Assembly: GCA_048940645.1 (NCBI GenBank)
Contig: JBHLOI010000090.1
Coordinates: 1-10,087 of the forward strand
Source: Promethearchaeota archaeon
Lineage (GTDB): Archaea; Asgardarchaeota; Lokiarchaeia; Sigyniarchaeales; SOKP01
Reading direction: 5' to 3'
Length of the DNA stretch: 10,087 bases
Both the position numbers and the translations under genes were made by a program. Of the stretch, positions 8,149-10,087 are shown one piece after another. How positions within the stretch are numbered: the stretch's first letter is position 1; every line of letters starts with the position of its first letter. Below the pieces are notes generated by a model. The model was given only the letters and a program-made list of their open reading frames with translations. It did no database searches and was not told where the DNA came from.

Positions 8149-8319
8149 TTAACAATTTTTATTTTGAGCATTTAATTTTAAGCTTTCTATTTTTAGCTCA
8201 TTTTCTAGAATTTTATACATCTCTATTATTTCTAAATACCTTTTTTTAAAGGGTGCTTTTCTAAATTCTCTTAGATTTTCCCAATCTTCCCTTTTTATTG
8301 TAATTACTTTGGTCTTCAT
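8149..8319 (-). CDS. Candidate 56-aa small protein, possibly ribbon-helix-helix/antitoxin-like (not in ORF track)
   Basis: Hand translation: MKTKVITIKREDWENLREFRKAPFKKRYLEIIEMYKILENELKIESLKLNAQNKNC; co-oriented with both neighbours in a 457-bp gap. Confidence 0.55.
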   Translation of the reverse strand: MKTKVITIKREDWENLREFRKAPFKKRYLEIIEMYKILENELKIESLKLNAQNKNC

Positions 8320-8467
8320 TTCAATTCCAAGTAAATTATTAAAAATTATTCTTAAAATAGAAATGAATTAATCATATTTTAGAGTTATAGAGACCAATAT
8401 TTATTGAATAGTGGAGAATTTTTAAAAAAATTATTAAGAAAATATAACTTGTTATGAAAAATTTGTT

Positions 8468-8902
8468 TTATGCATTCTTAATTTCTTCAAAAGATTTTTT
8501 ATATTCTTCAGGGTTTCCGTTTGCCATGATATAATCAACATAAACCTTCAAACTTTTCAAGAATAAGTCACCAGCTATTTCAAGAACGCTTCTTTGATTT
8601 TCTAATTCAAATTCAGTCCATAATGTAACCTCTGTTTTATCACCTAGAGGTTTAAAGATATATCCAATTTTTTCCATAGGACTTCCTTCTTGGATAGATG
8701 TCATTCTCTCATTTGGTATATTTTCAATTTCTATATTAATTATATCTCCTACATTTGATTTAATAAAATACTTATTTGGCTCAAGTTGTTCAATTTCTCT
8801 TACTACTATATTCCATATTGGCAAATCCATGTAATTATTTAAGATTCCATAAACTTTTTCAACAGGCGCCTTTAATTCGATTTTTATTTCTAATTTTGGC
8901 AT
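8468..8902 (-). CDS. SRPBCC (START/Bet v1/polyketide cyclase) family protein
   Basis: IEL.APVEKVY.IL.NY.DLP.WN N-terminal signature and C-terminal helix LKSLKVYVD. ATG 8902 preferred to the GTG 8914 in the ORF track. Confidence 0.85.
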   Translation of the reverse strand: MPKLEIKIELKAPVEKVYGILNNYMDLPIWNIVVREIEQLEPNKYFIKSNVGDIINIEIENIPNERMTSIQEGSPMEKIGYIFKPLGDKTEVTLWTEFELENQRSVLEIAGDLFLKSLKVYVDYIMANGNPEEYKKSFEEIKNA

Positions 8903-9017
8903 TATTTCCCACACTTTTAATAAGAATTTATCAATAATTTATTTTTAAGTGTTATTAAATGTTTACTTTTCTATTTTAAATGTTTGAGAAAGAAAAAGTT
9001 CAACCATCAATTTTACA

Positions 9018-9236
9018 TTAAAATGAATTATATTTCATTTTTAAATTATAACAGCGACAACAAAACAACTCAATATATTTACTATTCCATATTTTAATAA
9101 ATTCCTCATTATCACTTGCTCCTTTATTCTTCAAAAAGTCTTCAAAAATTAATTCCTTTCCACACCTAAAACAATTTCTTTCCCTAATATGCTTTTCTGA
9201 AGATAAATTCAGGAGATTTAAACTTTTATGCTTCAT
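9018..9236 (-). CDS. Small putative zinc-binding protein (CxxC...CCxC)
   Basis: CFRCGKEL ... IWNSKYIELFCCRCY in 72 aa. Confidence 0.7.
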   Translation of the reverse strand: MKHKSLNLLNLSSEKHIRERNCFRCGKELIFEDFLKNKGASDNEEFIKIWNSKYIELFCCRCYNLKMKYNSF

Positions 9237-9358
9237 TCCATTATTTATTGAAAATAACTAATTTAAGATTAGAGTGGGTTTTCTATTTTTTAATATTTCT
9301 TTTTTTCTTTAATAAATAAATTTTTTAAATCGCATTACCATATTTTCTTATTGAAAAA

Positions 9359-9646
9359 ATGAGTGAAATAGCCAATAATTTAAAGAACCAAATTAACACT
9401 GCAGCCTATTTTCTTTCCCAAAAAAATCATCCTTATGATACTTTGTGTTGGATGCTCGCTGAAAGGGAATTATTTATTCAATTCAACTTTATAAGGCCTC
9501 AAAAAGAAAAAATAAGAAAAAGAGCTGCACGAATATTTTTTTCTAAAACTCCTTATGATGTTCTATGCTGGTTAATAGCAGAAAAAGACATCTTATTTAG
9601 AAGTAAGATGTTCAAAAAGAGCACTAAACCTACATTCTATTTGTAA
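9359..9646 (+). CDS. Hypothetical protein with an internal two-fold repeat (DUF2934-like pattern)
   Basis: INTAAYFLSQKNHPYDTLCWMLAEREL aligns without gaps to IRKRAARIFFSKTPYDVLCWLIAEKDI. Confidence 0.75.
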   Translation: MSEIANNLKNQINTAAYFLSQKNHPYDTLCWMLAERELFIQFNFIRPQKEKIRKRAARIFFSKTPYDVLCWLIAEKDILFRSKMFKKSTKPTFYL

Positions 9647-9647
9647 T

Positions 9648-9788
9648 TTATTTATTTTTCTGTGATTTTTTTCTTTGGTTTTTATTATAAAATTCTATAT
9701 CACAATATTTACATCTATTAGCGTAAGATTCTAATTCTTTCCCACATTCTGGGCAATATTTAGGTCCTGATAAACAACTATCCTTCAT
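9648..9788 (-). CDS. 46-aa zinc-ribbon protein (not in ORF track)
   Basis: Hand translation: MKDSCLSGPKYCPECGKELESYANRCKYCDIEFYNKNQRKKSQKNK; CPECG-x9-CKYC zinc ribbon; stop lies 1 bp from the convergent gene's stop. Confidence 0.75.
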   Translation of the reverse strand: MKDSCLSGPKYCPECGKELESYANRCKYCDIEFYNKNQRKKSQKNK

Positions 9789-9959
9789 AAATATTACAGG
9801 TTTAGGGTTAATGAAATATTTTTCATAATTTTTAATAATAATTTTAAAAATAATTACTTACAGGAACACACTCCTTCTTATAAAAACCATCATCTCATTT
9901 ACCATCTTCTTCACACAAACCTAGAATGCTCTAAGCCTGAATCCTTAAATCCTCTTTCG

Positions 9960-10087
9960 AATGCCACACACTCGCGCGGTTGAGAGTGGCGGGCTGAATA
10001 GGTCACCCGGAAGCTCCCTACGTACACCCCCACCTCACTAACCCCGTCTTTTACGGGTGCGCTCGTCTCATCCCCATGGTTCGCGTC
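9960..10087 (-). rRNA. rrl: 23S rRNA gene, 3' terminal fragment (continues beyond the window)
   Basis: Abrupt GC rise; reverse complement ACGAGCGCACCCGTAAAAGACGGGGTTAGTGAGGTGGGGGTGTACG...TTCAGCCCGCCACTCTCAACCGCGCGAG resembles archaeal LSU rRNA helices 99-101. The exact 3' end is approximate. Confidence 0.88.

Noticed and set aside
4911-9718. Exact 18-bp repeat cacaatatttacatctat at 4911-4928 and 9701-9718
   Set aside because: Both copies encode RCKYC of zinc fingers using AT-rich codons; best explained by protein motif convergence rather than an att site or mobile element end.
9960-10087. GC-rich end as SRP RNA, RNase P RNA or group II intron
   Set aside because: Lacks SRP helix 8, RNase P P4 and intron domain V motifs; fits the archaeal 23S 3' end much better.
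1-10087. tRNA-anchored integrated element, CRISPR array or IS
   Set aside because: No integrase or transposase, no duplicated tRNA end and no regularly spaced repeats; the tRNA 3' end points out of the window.

Overview
AT-rich archaeal chromosomal segment, most likely Asgard (Lokiarchaeia-like), inferred from an unprenylated Rab-like GTPase, two longin-like proteins, an AN1 zinc finger and an archaeal-type 23S rRNA 3' end. It is bounded by a minus-strand tRNA-Cys(GCA) (1-73) and the minus-strand 3' end of a 23S rRNA gene (~9960-10087) that is not followed by a 5S gene. Between them lie a bacterial-type branched-chain aminotransferase, the GTPase beside a longin protein, SCP2 and SRPBCC/START lipid-binding proteins, a PflA-like radical SAM enzyme, a nitrilase-family hydrolase, a hot-dog thioesterase, a multidomain longin protein and several small proteins. 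Three small ORFs missing from the ORF track were found by hand (1317-1418, 8149-8319, 9648-9788). The most novel signals are a candidate stand-alone ~110-nt multibranched ncRNA at 5136-5244 and a Cys4-longin-wH-MIT/TPR-like protein within a GTPase/longin/lipid-carrier neighbourhood. All family calls come from motif recognition by eye; no searches were run.
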